Positions 8,742-22,154 of a stretch of DNA of 32,000 nt are shown piece by piece; position 1 is the first letter of the stretch; each line of letters begins with the position of its first letter. Source of the stretch: Candidatus Kuenenia stuttgartensis (GTDB lineage: Bacteria > Planctomycetota > Brocadiia > Brocadiales > Brocadiaceae); the NCBI RefSeq assembly GCF_900232105.1, contig NZ_LT934425.1, forward strand, positions 1,050,001 through 1,082,000. The letters are read 5' to 3'. The position numbers and the translations under genes were made by a program. The notes under the pieces were generated by a model. That model searched no databases. It was not told the DNA's origin and worked only from the letters and a program-made list of their open reading frames with translations.

Positions 8742-9020
8742 AAAATATTTAATGGTGAAATACGAAATACGCAACGCGAAATACGAAACAAATTCTAATG
8801 ACAAAATGATTGTGACTATTCAGCGTAATTTATTAAACTACCGGAGATCAGAGCGCAATTGCGTTCCCAAACAGATACTTCACTATGTTCAGTACAAGGT
8901 TTGGGAACGAGCCATGTATCGTTTACCCTCAATAGTTACAGATAATTTAAAATTTTAAACAAGAGCACCTTTCGTATTTTTTATTTCGTGCTTCGTGGTT
9001 AAAATCTTTTTGGTGGCGGC
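8742..9020. repeat. Mosaic intergenic repeat (R3) with GAAATACGAAATACG arms and an internal 11-bp-stem hairpin
   Basis: aaaatatttaatgg followed by gaaatacgaaatacgcaacgcgaaatacgaaa...cgttcccaaac(N25)gtttgggaacg...tttcgtattttttatttcgtgcttcgtgg...tttttggtggcggc. The 73-aa plus-strand ORF here is a translation of the repeat. Confidence 0.55.
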
Positions 9021-9039
9021 TATACCACTCTATGAAATG

Positions 9040-10095
9040 TTATTTACCTAAAATTTTTTGCACGTTTTCCGTGGAAGGTTTTTCTATTACGCCTTTCTCG
9101 GTAATAATCGCAGTAATATTTTTTGCCGGCGTTACATCAAAGGCGGGATTGAATACCTTTACTCCCTCCGGTGCCGTTCTTTTGCCAAACCCGCAGGTAA
9201 CTTCCTCTGATGACCGTTCTTCAATGGGAATTTCATCGCCAGATGTGATATTCAGGTCAAATGTAGATACCGGAGCTGCGACATAGAAAGGAATGCCATG
9301 TTCTTTTGCCAGGATTGATACGCCATATGTGCCAATCTTATTTGCGGCGTCGCCATTTGCCGCAATCCTGTCTGCGCCCACAATAACACACTGAATCTTG
9401 CCTAATTTCATTACATGAGCCGCCATGTTGTCGCATATAAGTGTAACGTCTATGCCGGCATGCATGAGTTCCCATGTCGTCAGTCGTGCGCCTTGCAAAA
9501 GTGGACGGGTTTCGTCGGCGTAGACCTTAAATTTTTTACCGTTTTCTTTTGCCTTAAACATAACTGCCAGCGCGGTGCCGTAATCCGCAGTGGCAAGTCC
9601 GCCCGCATTGCAATGTGTAAGAACGCCATCACCGTCTTTAATAAACTTCGCTCCGTTTTCCCCTATTTGCCTGCAAATAGATTTGTCTTCATTTTGAACA
9701 TTGATTGCTTCCCGCAAGAGGATTTCTTTGATTGTATGGACCGGTTTATCACGGTTTTCCCATGCAACACGTTCCATTCTGGAAAGCCCCCAGAAAAGAT
9801 TTACCGCCGTAGGCCGTGAGGAACCAAGATAGTTTGTAACATTCTTTAGTTCTTTAAAAAAAGCCTCTGTATCATCGGTGCGAATATCTTTAATTCCTAA
9901 TAACACGCCGGTAACCGCTGCGATGCCAATTGCCGGCGCTCCTCGTACCATGAGTGTTTTAATTGCGCGCCAAATACTCTTTAAGTCTTCACAATATATA
10001 TACTTTATTTCAGCAGGCAAAAGGGTCTGGTCGATCAATCGAACACGGCCTTCTATATTCCCTTCCCACTCTATGGTTGGTAACGGCATTTCCAT
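9040..10095 (-). CDS. mtnA: S-methyl-5-thioribose-1-phosphate isomerase
   Basis: 351-aa ORF. It has the typical N-terminus (RLIDQTLLP...) and the blocks VRGAPAIG, TRPTAVNLFW, THCNAG, ETRPLLQGARLT, VGADRIAANGD.ANKIGTY and NPAFDVTP. Confidence 0.9.
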   Translation of the reverse strand: MEMPLPTIEWEGNIEGRVRLIDQTLLPAEIKYIYCEDLKSIWRAIKTLMVRGAPAIGIAAVTGVLLGIKDIRTDDTEAFFKELKNVTNYLGSSRPTAVNLFWGLSRMERVAWENRDKPVHTIKEILLREAINVQNEDKSICRQIGENGAKFIKDGDGVLTHCNAGGLATADYGTALAVMFKAKENGKKFKVYADETRPLLQGARLTTWELMHAGIDVTLICDNMAAHVMKLGKIQCVIVGADRIAANGDAANKIGTYGVSILAKEHGIPFYVAAPVSTFDLNITSGDEIPIEERSSEEVTCGFGKRTAPEGVKVFNPAFDVTPAKNITAIITEKGVIEKPSTENVQKILGK

Positions 10096-10231
10096 CTCCT
10101 TATGTAATAATACATACCATCTATAAACTTAATTGTTATGCTATTTGGGATTTTGAATTTCTGCATTTCGCAAACTAAAATTAAAGGGGGTGAGGTGCTA
10201 CAATGCTTTTCGTCCGGGGTAACAGCCGCCA

Positions 10232-11005
10232 TCATTTTAACAGAGTGTTATATATTTGTGTAATAAAATCCGGCAGGAACTCCGATAATGAGCGTGATGC
10301 GAACTTTGCCTGTTTACGGAGATTTTTTAAGGTAAAAATGCTGTACGGTTTCTTAAATAGGTACAATGATACGGCAGGCACATTTATGTTCCCTTTTTCA
10401 TTAACAAGGTTTTCACAGACAGCCACATCTTCATCTGCCCTATCGGAAATTGCCCGCACGACAATAAATGGGATCCCTAGATTATGCGACTGTTCCGCAA
10501 TCAGAAAAGATTCCATGTCAACGGCAATTGCATAAGTAGTATTTCCAAGTAATTTTTTGTATGAAGATAAGTGGATTATTTTATTTGTTGTCGCAATTAT
10601 TCCATAATGTACTTTAAAACGAGGGCTGCCGGACAATTCCCTCGCCACATCCAAAATGGAAGATTCACAGGAAATAACCGGGCTGCTATGCGCTTTCTTT
10701 CCCAATGTTTCATCTGTTACATACAATACTTTTTCCCCTATGACCAAATCGCCCACATCAATTTCCGGCCGCAGCGCCCCCGCAAAACCAGAAGAAATTA
10801 CTAACTGTATTCTGAATTGTTGAGATAAGTGCTGGAGAACAGAGGAAACGTTTTGCCCTATTCCCGTCTGAATAAGTGCTACCGGAAAACCATACAGCTC
10901 GGCATGGTAAAATGTAATATGTCCGAAACGTATTTTCCCCAAAATATTTACTTTTGATTTTATAGAAACAATTTCCCGGCTTAGAGCGAAAAATATTACA
11001 ATCAT
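10232..11005 (-). CDS. PNP_UDP_1-family nucleosidase or phosphorylase (MTA/SAH-nucleosidase-like; exact specificity unresolved)
   Basis: 257-aa ORF with QTGIGQ, AVDMES and VVRAISDRADED motifs of the Pfs/phosphorylase fold. It lies immediately upstream of mtnA on the same strand. Futalosine-hydrolase or HpnG-like roles cannot be excluded. Confidence 0.7.
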   Translation of the reverse strand: MIVIFFALSREIVSIKSKVNILGKIRFGHITFYHAELYGFPVALIQTGIGQNVSSVLQHLSQQFRIQLVISSGFAGALRPEIDVGDLVIGEKVLYVTDETLGKKAHSSPVISCESSILDVARELSGSPRFKVHYGIIATTNKIIHLSSYKKLLGNTTYAIAVDMESFLIAEQSHNLGIPFIVVRAISDRADEDVAVCENLVNEKGNINVPAVSLYLFKKPYSIFTLKNLRKQAKFASRSLSEFLPDFITQIYNTLLK

Positions 11006-11027
11006 TGTTCTTGCGCTAATTTAACGT

Positions 11028-11138
11028 TTAGGAATTTCAATTTTTTTGTAGAGACGCATTGCATGCGTCCGGAAACTGCTGCACATAATGAAAATGTTGA
11101 ATGAAACAACAGAGAGACACATGCAATGCGTCTCTACA
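11028..11138. repeat. R2 repeat, second copy (core inverted relative to copy at 6803-6908)
   Basis: The order is ttaggaatttcaattttttt, then gtagagacgcattgcatgcgtc, then a 45-nt core, then gagacacatgcaatgcgtctctac. Confidence 0.65.
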
Positions 11139-11385
11139 TCAACAATCTAAGGTGGGATATGGAAACCCACGGCAACATCAAAGTTATATTGCAAAGTACT
11201 ACAAATCAGGCATGTTGTCGAAATGATAGTTAATCAACAGAGTCAATATGGAAGTAAATCTCGGACCAATGCGTCTATAAGCAAACAACACGCGGAATGA
11301 AAAGAGGTGCTAGAAATATTTAGCGGTAGCGAGGAAAAATATAGAAAGGATATCGAAAGGAGCCAAACAGATAGATAAGAAAGAA

Positions 11386-11652
11386 TTAGTTATGAGAATT
11401 AAAATATTTCGAAAACATATTATCTACCTGATCCTGGCTCAACCAATCTTTTGCTTCTCCCATGTCTATATTTGTCGCAACTTTTATATATTCATTAATA
11501 TACTGAAGTAAATCCTTTTTTGTAATAGCCTCCATTTTTACCAGTAATTCACCTATACGCAAATTGTTATCATGCTTTTGTAAACTGAGCACTTCATTTA
11601 ATGTTTCTTGTGAAATATAATTATTCTTAACTAAAAATTCACCTATTTTCAT
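11386..11652 (-). CDS. Stand-alone MshEN/T2SSE_N-like domain protein (putative c-di-GMP-binding adaptor)
   Basis: 88 aa from ATG 11652 (the track start at 11658 is TTG). It has two tandem 24-residue segments separated by 6 residues: KIGEFLVKNNYISQETLNEVLSLQ and RIGELLVKMEAITKKDLLQYINEY. These fit the remembered MshEN motif RLGxx(L/V/I)(L/V/I)xxG(L/I/F)(L/V/I)xxxxLxxxLxxQ, with substitutions. Confidence 0.6.
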   Translation of the reverse strand: MKIGEFLVKNNYISQETLNEVLSLQKHDNNLRIGELLVKMEAITKKDLLQYINEYIKVATNIDMGEAKDWLSQDQVDNMFSKYFNSHN

Positions 11653-11892
11653 TAACAATCTCTTATTTTATGATTTAATCTTTTTATCTTTACGATATTA
11701 TATCGGTTTGCCAAATCATACATAAAAATTATGCCTATTTATTATTTTGCAAATTTAGTGGCTCAAAAATTCAAAATTAATTAATACTTCTTCAAATAAT
11801 TGTAGCGCTTCATAGTTTCTTATGGTTCCACGGATGTAACATGATGAATGTTTTTAAAAACGGACAAAATTTGAGGTTAATGACAGCGTCGT

Positions 11893-13335
11893 TTAGTCCA
11901 AACCTTTCAATTTATTCTTCAAGATTTCATTCACTATTTTTGGGTTTGCCATTCCCTTTGATTCTTTCATAACTTGTCCAATGATAAAGGCAATAGCATT
12001 CTTTTTACCCTTTTTATAATCTTCTATCGCATTTGGATGAGAAACAATAACCTTATCTACTATTTCAATTATCTGCCACTCATCACTAATTTGCGCCAGT
12101 TTTTTTTCTTCGATAATTGTTTTTGGTTCTTTTCCCGTGTCAATCATTTCAGAAAACACTTCTTTGGCAATTGTATTGCTTATTGTGCCATCATCAATCA
12201 TTCCCACGAGAGATGCTAATTGCTCCGGTTTCATTTTCAGCGAAGCAATATCCAACCGTTTCTCTTTTACTTCCCTTAACAAATCATTTATTATCCAATT
12301 ACATAATGCTTTAGGGAGATTTACAACCTTCACACATTCCTCGAAAAAATCTGAAAGCATTTTATCCTCAGTCAACAAATCAGCGTCGTAATTGGATAAT
12401 TGAAAAGACGCTACAAACCTCTGTTTTCTTTCAAGAGGAAGTTCCGGAATAGTATCTTTTATCGAACATATCCATTTTTCATCTATCACAAACGGTAATA
12501 AATCCGGCTCGGGAAAATAGCGGTAATCCTGCGCTTCTTCTTTTGAACGCATTCTTACGCTTCTCCCGCGTATTTCGTCCCATAATCGCGTTTCCCGCTC
12601 TATCATTTCACCACGATTCAGTAATTCGCGCTGCCTTGATGTTTCATATTCAATCGCCTTTAATACAGATTTCATTGAGTTTAGGTTTTTAATTTCCACC
12701 CTATTACCCAATTTTTTTTCACCATTTTTTCTCAATGAAATGCTTGCCTCAAATCTAAGTGATCCCTCCTGCATCTTACAATCAGATATGCCTGTATAAA
12801 AAATTATTTTTCTTAATGTCTGCATATAGCTTTCTACTTCAACTATATTTCTCATGTCCGGGTATGAAACAATTTCCAACAAAGGAACTCCAGCTCTGTT
12901 AAAATCGATAAGGCTATAATCTGCACCTGCTTCTTCAGGGTGTATAAGCTTACCGGCTTCTTCTTCCAGATGAACATTATGTACCCTGATTTTCTGAATG
13001 GCATTGTTCACTTCAATAACGATAAATCCATCAACACCTAAATTATAATAATTTTGTGAAATCTGATAGTTTTTGGGTAAGTCCGGATAATAATAACTCT
13101 TTCTATCAAAATTCGTGTATCGGTTAATAGTGCAATTCAGTGCTATAGCAGCCTTTAATGCATACTCAAAGGCTTTTTTGTTTACGACCGGCAAAACACC
13201 AGGCATTCCTAAACAAATTGGACATATTTGTGTATTGGGCTCAGCGCCAAACTTTGCATTACAACCACAAAACAATTTTGTGACTGTAGACAATTCAGCA
13301 TGGGTCTCTAGTCCTATAACAACCTCGTAAGCCAT
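11893..13335 (-). CDS. gatB: Asp-tRNA(Asn)/Glu-tRNA(Gln) amidotransferase subunit B
   Basis: 480-aa ORF. It has VIGLETHAEL, CGC...CPICLGMPG, YYYPDLPK.YQISQ, EEEAGK and a C-terminal YqeY-like tail. Confidence 0.95.
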   Translation of the reverse strand: MAYEVVIGLETHAELSTVTKLFCGCNAKFGAEPNTQICPICLGMPGVLPVVNKKAFEYALKAAIALNCTINRYTNFDRKSYYYPDLPKNYQISQNYYNLGVDGFIVIEVNNAIQKIRVHNVHLEEEAGKLIHPEEAGADYSLIDFNRAGVPLLEIVSYPDMRNIVEVESYMQTLRKIIFYTGISDCKMQEGSLRFEASISLRKNGEKKLGNRVEIKNLNSMKSVLKAIEYETSRQRELLNRGEMIERETRLWDEIRGRSVRMRSKEEAQDYRYFPEPDLLPFVIDEKWICSIKDTIPELPLERKQRFVASFQLSNYDADLLTEDKMLSDFFEECVKVVNLPKALCNWIINDLLREVKEKRLDIASLKMKPEQLASLVGMIDDGTISNTIAKEVFSEMIDTGKEPKTIIEEKKLAQISDEWQIIEIVDKVIVSHPNAIEDYKKGKKNAIAFIIGQVMKESKGMANPKIVNEILKNKLKGLD

Positions 13336-13365
13336 TTGAATATTTTTGCCTTTAATACAGTAAAA

Positions 13366-14826
13366 TTACAATTTGGGTTCAATCAAATGAAAGTCAGTAT
13401 CTCTTTCAAAAGAATATGCAATTTGTAACATTTTAGCTTCTTCGAAGTAATTGGTGAGTATCTGCAAACCAATCGGCAAACCTTCTTTAGAAAATCCACA
13501 AGGAATCGAAATGCTTGGAATGCCGGACAAGTTTGCGGGAATGGTATAAATGTCAGAAAGATACATCTCTAAGGGATTGTCAATACGTTCTGCGATCTTA
13601 AATGCAGGAACAGGGGAGGTGGGGCAAACAATGCAATCAACTTTTTCAAAGACCGTGTCAAAATCTTTTTTTATTAAATTCCTCACTTTTGAAGCTTTTA
13701 AATAATAAGCCTCATAATAACCTGAACTTAATGCATAGTTGCCGAGCATAACACGCCGTTTCACTTCATTACCAAATCCTTCCGAACGGGACCGGCAATA
13801 CATTTCATCAATGCCTTTTATATTGTTTGCACGAAAACCATACCTTACACCGTCAAATCGCGATAAGTTAGAGCTTGCCTCTGCATTTGCCACTATATAA
13901 TAAACAGCAACTGCATATTCAGTATGGGGCAAAGATACCTCTACAAGCTTAGCCCCAAGTCTTTCGTAAATTTTTAAAGAGTTATCTACTGCCGTACGAA
14001 CATCAGCATCCAAACCCTCTGCAAAATATTCACGCGGAATGCCAATTTTAATGCCTTTTACACCACCACCAATTCCATTTAGATAATCAGGGACATTTAT
14101 ATCAGCACACGTAGTATCATTCTTATCTTTACCTGCAATTACACTCAAAAGCAATGCAGCATCACTTACATCCTTAGTGATAGGGCCAATTTGATCAAGA
14201 GAAGAACTAAATGCAACTAAACCAAATCGAGATACCCTTCCGTAAGTTGGTTTTAATCCAACAACTCCACACAAAGCCGCAGGCTGTCTTATTGAACCAC
14301 CAGTTTCAGAACCCAATGCCATAAATGCAAGATCTGCGGACACTGCTGCTGAGGAACCACCGCTTGATCCGCCTGGCACAAAATTTTGATTATAAGGATT
14401 GCGAGTAATTTTATAGCTGGAGTTTTCGGTTGAAGAACCCATTGCGAATTCATCCAAATTGGTTTTGCCAATTATAATGGAATCTTCTTCTTTTAACCGT
14501 TTAACAACAAAGGCATCGTACGGTGGGATAAAAGTTTTGAGAATCTTAGAGGCACACGTAGTAGTTAAATCTTTTGTACAAATATTATCTTTAACGGCAA
14601 TGGGGATACCCGCGAGCAAACCTACACTCTCATGGTTTGCAACCTTCTTGTCAATTTCCTTAGCCTTTTTAAATGCGTTTTCTTCATCTAATGTAAGAAA
14701 TGACTGTATATTTGAATCGATCTTAAAAATCCGTTCAAACAACATATTAACTATGTCCGTTGCCCGAATTTCTTCTGATAATATTTTCCGTTTTATTTGA
14801 AGTGCGGTAAAACTTAAAAATTTCAA
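13366..14826 (-). CDS. gatA: Asp-tRNA(Asn)/Glu-tRNA(Gln) amidotransferase subunit A
   Basis: 486-aa ORF with the amidase signature [13 protein letters not shown] and [13 protein letters not shown]. It sits in the gatC-gatA-gatB order. Confidence 0.95.
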   Translation of the reverse strand: MKFLSFTALQIKRKILSEEIRATDIVNMLFERIFKIDSNIQSFLTLDEENAFKKAKEIDKKVANHESVGLLAGIPIAVKDNICTKDLTTTCASKILKTFIPPYDAFVVKRLKEEDSIIIGKTNLDEFAMGSSTENSSYKITRNPYNQNFVPGGSSGGSSAAVSADLAFMALGSETGGSIRQPAALCGVVGLKPTYGRVSRFGLVAFSSSLDQIGPITKDVSDAALLLSVIAGKDKNDTTCADINVPDYLNGIGGGVKGIKIGIPREYFAEGLDADVRTAVDNSLKIYERLGAKLVEVSLPHTEYAVAVYYIVANAEASSNLSRFDGVRYGFRANNIKGIDEMYCRSRSEGFGNEVKRRVMLGNYALSSGYYEAYYLKASKVRNLIKKDFDTVFEKVDCIVCPTSPVPAFKIAERIDNPLEMYLSDIYTIPANLSGIPSISIPCGFSKEGLPIGLQILTNYFEEAKMLQIAYSFERDTDFHLIEPKL

Positions 14827-14851
14827 AAACGCTTCTCTTATAACAAATTAT

Positions 14852-15139
14852 TTATTCCAGTACTTTTGGTACTTTAAAAAAAAAACCCTCAGTAGCAGGT
14901 GCCAAGGAGAGGGCTTTTTCCCGTCTGATTGATTCTTCCAACGTATCTTCTCTAAATATATTGGTAATATTGAAAGGGTGAATTAACGGCGCAATATTTT
15001 CGGTATTAAGTTTATTTAATTTTTCTATATACAACAGCACTTCTCGCAACTGACTTGTAAATATTTTCTTTTCATCGTCACTAAGCTCAAATTTTGATAA
15101 TGATGCAACATATTCGATGTCTTTATTACTAATATTCAT
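14852..15139 (-). CDS. gatC: Asp-tRNA(Asn)/Glu-tRNA(Gln) amidotransferase subunit C
   Basis: 95-aa ORF directly upstream of gatA, with a typical GatC pattern (VA.LSKFELSDDE...F...L..IL.Y.E.L). Confidence 0.9.
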   Translation of the reverse strand: MNISNKDIEYVASLSKFELSDDEKKIFTSQLREVLLYIEKLNKLNTENIAPLIHPFNITNIFREDTLEESIRREKALSLAPATEGFFFKVPKVLE

Positions 15140-15169
15140 AATTTTTCAACTTATCCACGATTCATAAGG

Positions 15170-15403
15170 TTATAATGCTTTTATTACTTTTCCAGCACTA
15201 ATGCACCTCGTACAAACTTTTATTCTTTTCACAGTTTTGTTATCAATCAGTGCTTTTACCTTTTGTATATTCGGCTTAAACTTTCGTTTTGTCTTCCCTG
15301 TAATTTTTTTACCTACGCCACCTTTCCACTTTGCCAAACCTCTAGTTTCAATCTGATTGCCCGCTACTGTCTTTTTTTTGCATATCTCACAAACCCTAGA
15401 CAT
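15170..15403 (-). CDS. rpmB: 50S ribosomal protein L28 (four-cysteine, zinc-ribbon C+ type)
   Basis: MSRVCEICKKK...KRKFKPNIQKV...VCTRC. The internal ATG at 15403 gives the canonical MSRVC N-terminus, with AAAGGG 8 nt upstream. The longer track ORF (to 15439) would overlap the fur stop. Confidence 0.85.
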   Translation of the reverse strand: MSRVCEICKKKTVAGNQIETRGLAKWKGGVGKKITGKTKRKFKPNIQKVKALIDNKTVKRIKVCTRCISAGKVIKAL

Positions 15404-15429
15404 AAAAATACCCTTTCTACAAAAATTTC

Positions 15430-15882
15430 TTACTGACATAACTTTTCGTCAGGTTTTTTAAAACAATCTTCACACAGTCCTTGAATTTGTAACCGATGTG
15501 ATTTTGGAACAAATTTATTTTTTTTACACACAGCAACTTGTAGATTTTCAATTTTTTTTTCAAAAAATTCTATAATCTTACCACAGTTATCACAGACTAA
15601 ATGATCATGATGTTCTTGTCCATGAACATGCTCATAATGCGTGTGCCTCTCGCCAGATATAACTTCTCTTAACAACCCACTTTCGACAAGCAGAGCAAGA
15701 GAACGATAAATCGTCGCTTTTGATACTTTATAACCATTCAGCCTCAAATCCACTAACAACTCATCTGCTTCAAAGTGTTTATGGCTTTCAAACACATGAG
15801 TAAAAACAGACTTTCGTTCTGTTGTATATTTTAAACCTCGAGAATAAAGAAATTCAATGAACTTCTCTTCCTCTGAATCCAT
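15430..15882 (-). CDS. Fur-family transcriptional regulator (Fur, Zur or PerR not distinguishable)
   Basis: 150-aa ORF. It has a winged-helix N-terminus (ATIYRSLALLVESGLL), a His-rich metal site (HTHYEHVHGQEHHDHLVC) and two CxxC pairs (CDNC, CEDC). Confidence 0.9.
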   Translation of the reverse strand: MDSEEEKFIEFLYSRGLKYTTERKSVFTHVFESHKHFEADELLVDLRLNGYKVSKATIYRSLALLVESGLLREVISGERHTHYEHVHGQEHHDHLVCDNCGKIIEFFEKKIENLQVAVCKKNKFVPKSHRLQIQGLCEDCFKKPDEKLCQ

Positions 15883-15982
15883 GATGGACTACCTTTATTT
15901 TAAATTTCACCTATAAAACTTGAAAATATAACCTAAATTTAGTTTTTTGTAGATTTAAGATAAAAATAAAGCTACAAATAAT

Positions 15983-16020
15983 AAAACCCATCCCGATGTA
16001 TCGGGACGGGTTTTATTATT
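15983..16020 (-). terminator. Rho-independent terminator of the rRNA operon
   Basis: Read on the minus strand: cccgtcccga-taca-tcgggatggg, a 10-bp stem with one G-U pair, followed by UUUUAUU. On the plus strand the same stem has an A-C mismatch. It lies immediately 3' of the 5S gene. Confidence 0.75.
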
Positions 16021-16022
16021 TA

Positions 16023-16135
16023 TTCCCGGCAGTAACTTACTCTCCCAGCTTTCACCAGTACCATCAGCGTAAGAAGCTTAACTACCGTGTTCGGAATGGA
16101 AACGGGTGTTTCATTCTTACTATATCCACCGGAAA
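16023..16135 (-). rRNA. rrf: 5S ribosomal RNA
   Basis: The reverse complement reads ttccggtgg...cccgtttccattccgaacacggtagttaagc...ctgggagagtaagttactgccgggaa. The conserved CCGAAC loop and the terminal helix I pairing are present. Ends are accurate to about 3 nt. Confidence 0.9.
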
Positions 16136-16307
16136 TTATAAATTTATATCAATCAACCTCAAACTTCACTCTTTTTCAAACGATAGCATTTGAAACTAAA
16201 TCGTCAATGTGTAATATTTTTTTTGAAAAAGTATCAAAAAAATTAACAGCTTATACAATAATGAATAACTTAACGGTAACAAATTGAAACGCAATTTATA
16301 TAAAGAA

Positions 16308-19303
<2,996 letters not shown>

Positions 19304-19521
19304 ATCTTAAATAAATCGAGAATCAAATTGCTACCCGTTAAGTATTCACTTTTCAAAGAACAAACTATGTCGCAAAACTTAGTATTTCAATCTCCAACAA
19401 TGACAAATGCTGAGATATACAATATGCAGTCTACATGTGATTATACAGGCTTAAAATTAGCTATCAAAGACAGGCGACCAGTTACCGCAAGACCTAAAAA
19501 CCTTGCGCAAAGAAATCAAAC

Positions 19522-19597
19522 TGGTGGAGATGAGCGGGATCGAACCGCTAACCTCTGCCTTGCAAGGGCAGCGCTCTCCCAGTTGAGCTACATCCCC
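19522..19597 (-). tRNA. tRNA-Ala (anticodon TGC), CCA encoded
   Basis: The reverse complement ggggatgtagctcaactgggagagcgctgcccttgcaaggcagaggttagcggttcgatcccgctcatctccacca folds as a cloverleaf. It has the G3:U70 pair, anticodon loop cttgcaa and the T-loop ggttcgatcc. Confidence 0.95.
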
Positions 19598-19623
19598 CTT
19601 CAGACCGGACGTATAAAAGAAAA

Positions 19624-19701
19624 TGGTGGGCCTAAGTGGACTCGAACCACTGACCTTTCCCTTATCAGGGGAATGCTCTAAACCAACTGAGCTATAGGCC
19701 C
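19624..19701 (-). tRNA. tRNA-Ile (anticodon GAT), CCA encoded
   Basis: The reverse complement gggcctatagctcagttggtttagagcattcccctgataagggaaaggtcagtggttcgagtccacttaggcccacca has anticodon stem ttccc/gggaa and loop ctgataa. Confidence 0.95.
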
Positions 19702-19802
19702 AAACCATCGAGCAATATTTGGGCCACACTCTGTTTCCAAAGGCAATATAACTTACAAAAAAAATAGAAGCCTTTTGCGCGCGAGACAAAACCGTTACAA
19801 CA

Positions 19803-21395
<1,593 letters not shown>

Positions 21396-22154
21396 TAAAA
21401 CAACAAAAGGCTAACCAAACTAACTGGCTACTTAATTTTACATCTATTCAAAAAAAAGAAATTGTTATGGCTTTTGTACTCGCACGCAATTGACTTCTAA
21501 ATTATAAAAGAACAGAACTTCCAAAACCACTCATTTCCTTAATATACTATTTAAACTTCAGGATATCAAGCAAAAAGTAAACTTTTTTTTATTTCATACT
21601 TTCTCGACTTAGGATTAGTACTCAATGAGCAGTTTCACAAAAAAATTGAACTTCGAAGATAATACCATCAAAAACTATTATTTCAATCTTTAAATTCGAT
21701 AATATTTTGAAAATATTCTTATAACATGCAATATTACTTAGGCTTATACATTAATATTGCTTATAATATTTTTCGAATCTTTACACTATTGTGATTTTTT
21801 ACCGTCAGATGCTGCATAGAGCAAAACGACTGTAATATCTTGTCAAAATTAGACATATAAAAGATTAATAATCCGCGAGAGTTGTAATGAAAGAAATAAC
21901 TCAACAATAGGTGACAAATAGTTGAACTAAATATTGGGCAGCGTCCCTGATAACAACGAAACCAGCCGTTTCAGGCATGTATTTTCTGCTTAGGTAAACA
22001 ACTCATGGCCACAAAAAAGAATACGGCCAAACTCACAGCATTTCCAAATCTCCAGGAAAAGAAATACTTCAGGCTTAAAAAAACCCGCATAATATTTGAT
22101 ATAAAGCCAAATCCCCCCCGAATCAGACGTTTTGAAATTTTTGTCGCTTCAAAT
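21396..22154 (-). promoter_or_regulatory. AT-rich rRNA operon leader and promoter region (individual promoters not resolved)
   Basis: This is a ~760-bp non-coding AT-rich gap between the addB-like stop (22155) and the 16S 5' end. The operon promoter must lie here by position. I could not identify a convincing -35/-10 pair by eye. Confidence 0.3.

Noticed and set aside
15404-15439. A longer L28 start (MSVRNFCRKGIF-MSRVC...) as given by the ORF track.
   Set aside because: The extension overlaps the fur stop, and the internal ATG reproduces the near-universal MSRVC L28 N-terminus with a plausible RBS.
11386-16000. An apparent low-GC block (gatCAB, rpmB, fur, MshEN) suggesting a compositional island or a chimeric join at the rRNA operon.
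   Set aside because: Spot counts of 60-nt lines gave about 27-45% GC here. They gave a similar 32-45% in the addB-like gene and 45-58% in the GlmL region. Composition therefore varies gene by gene with no clear boundary. Shared repeat families on both sides of the rRNA operon argue against a chimera. A proper sliding-window GC and codon analysis is needed.
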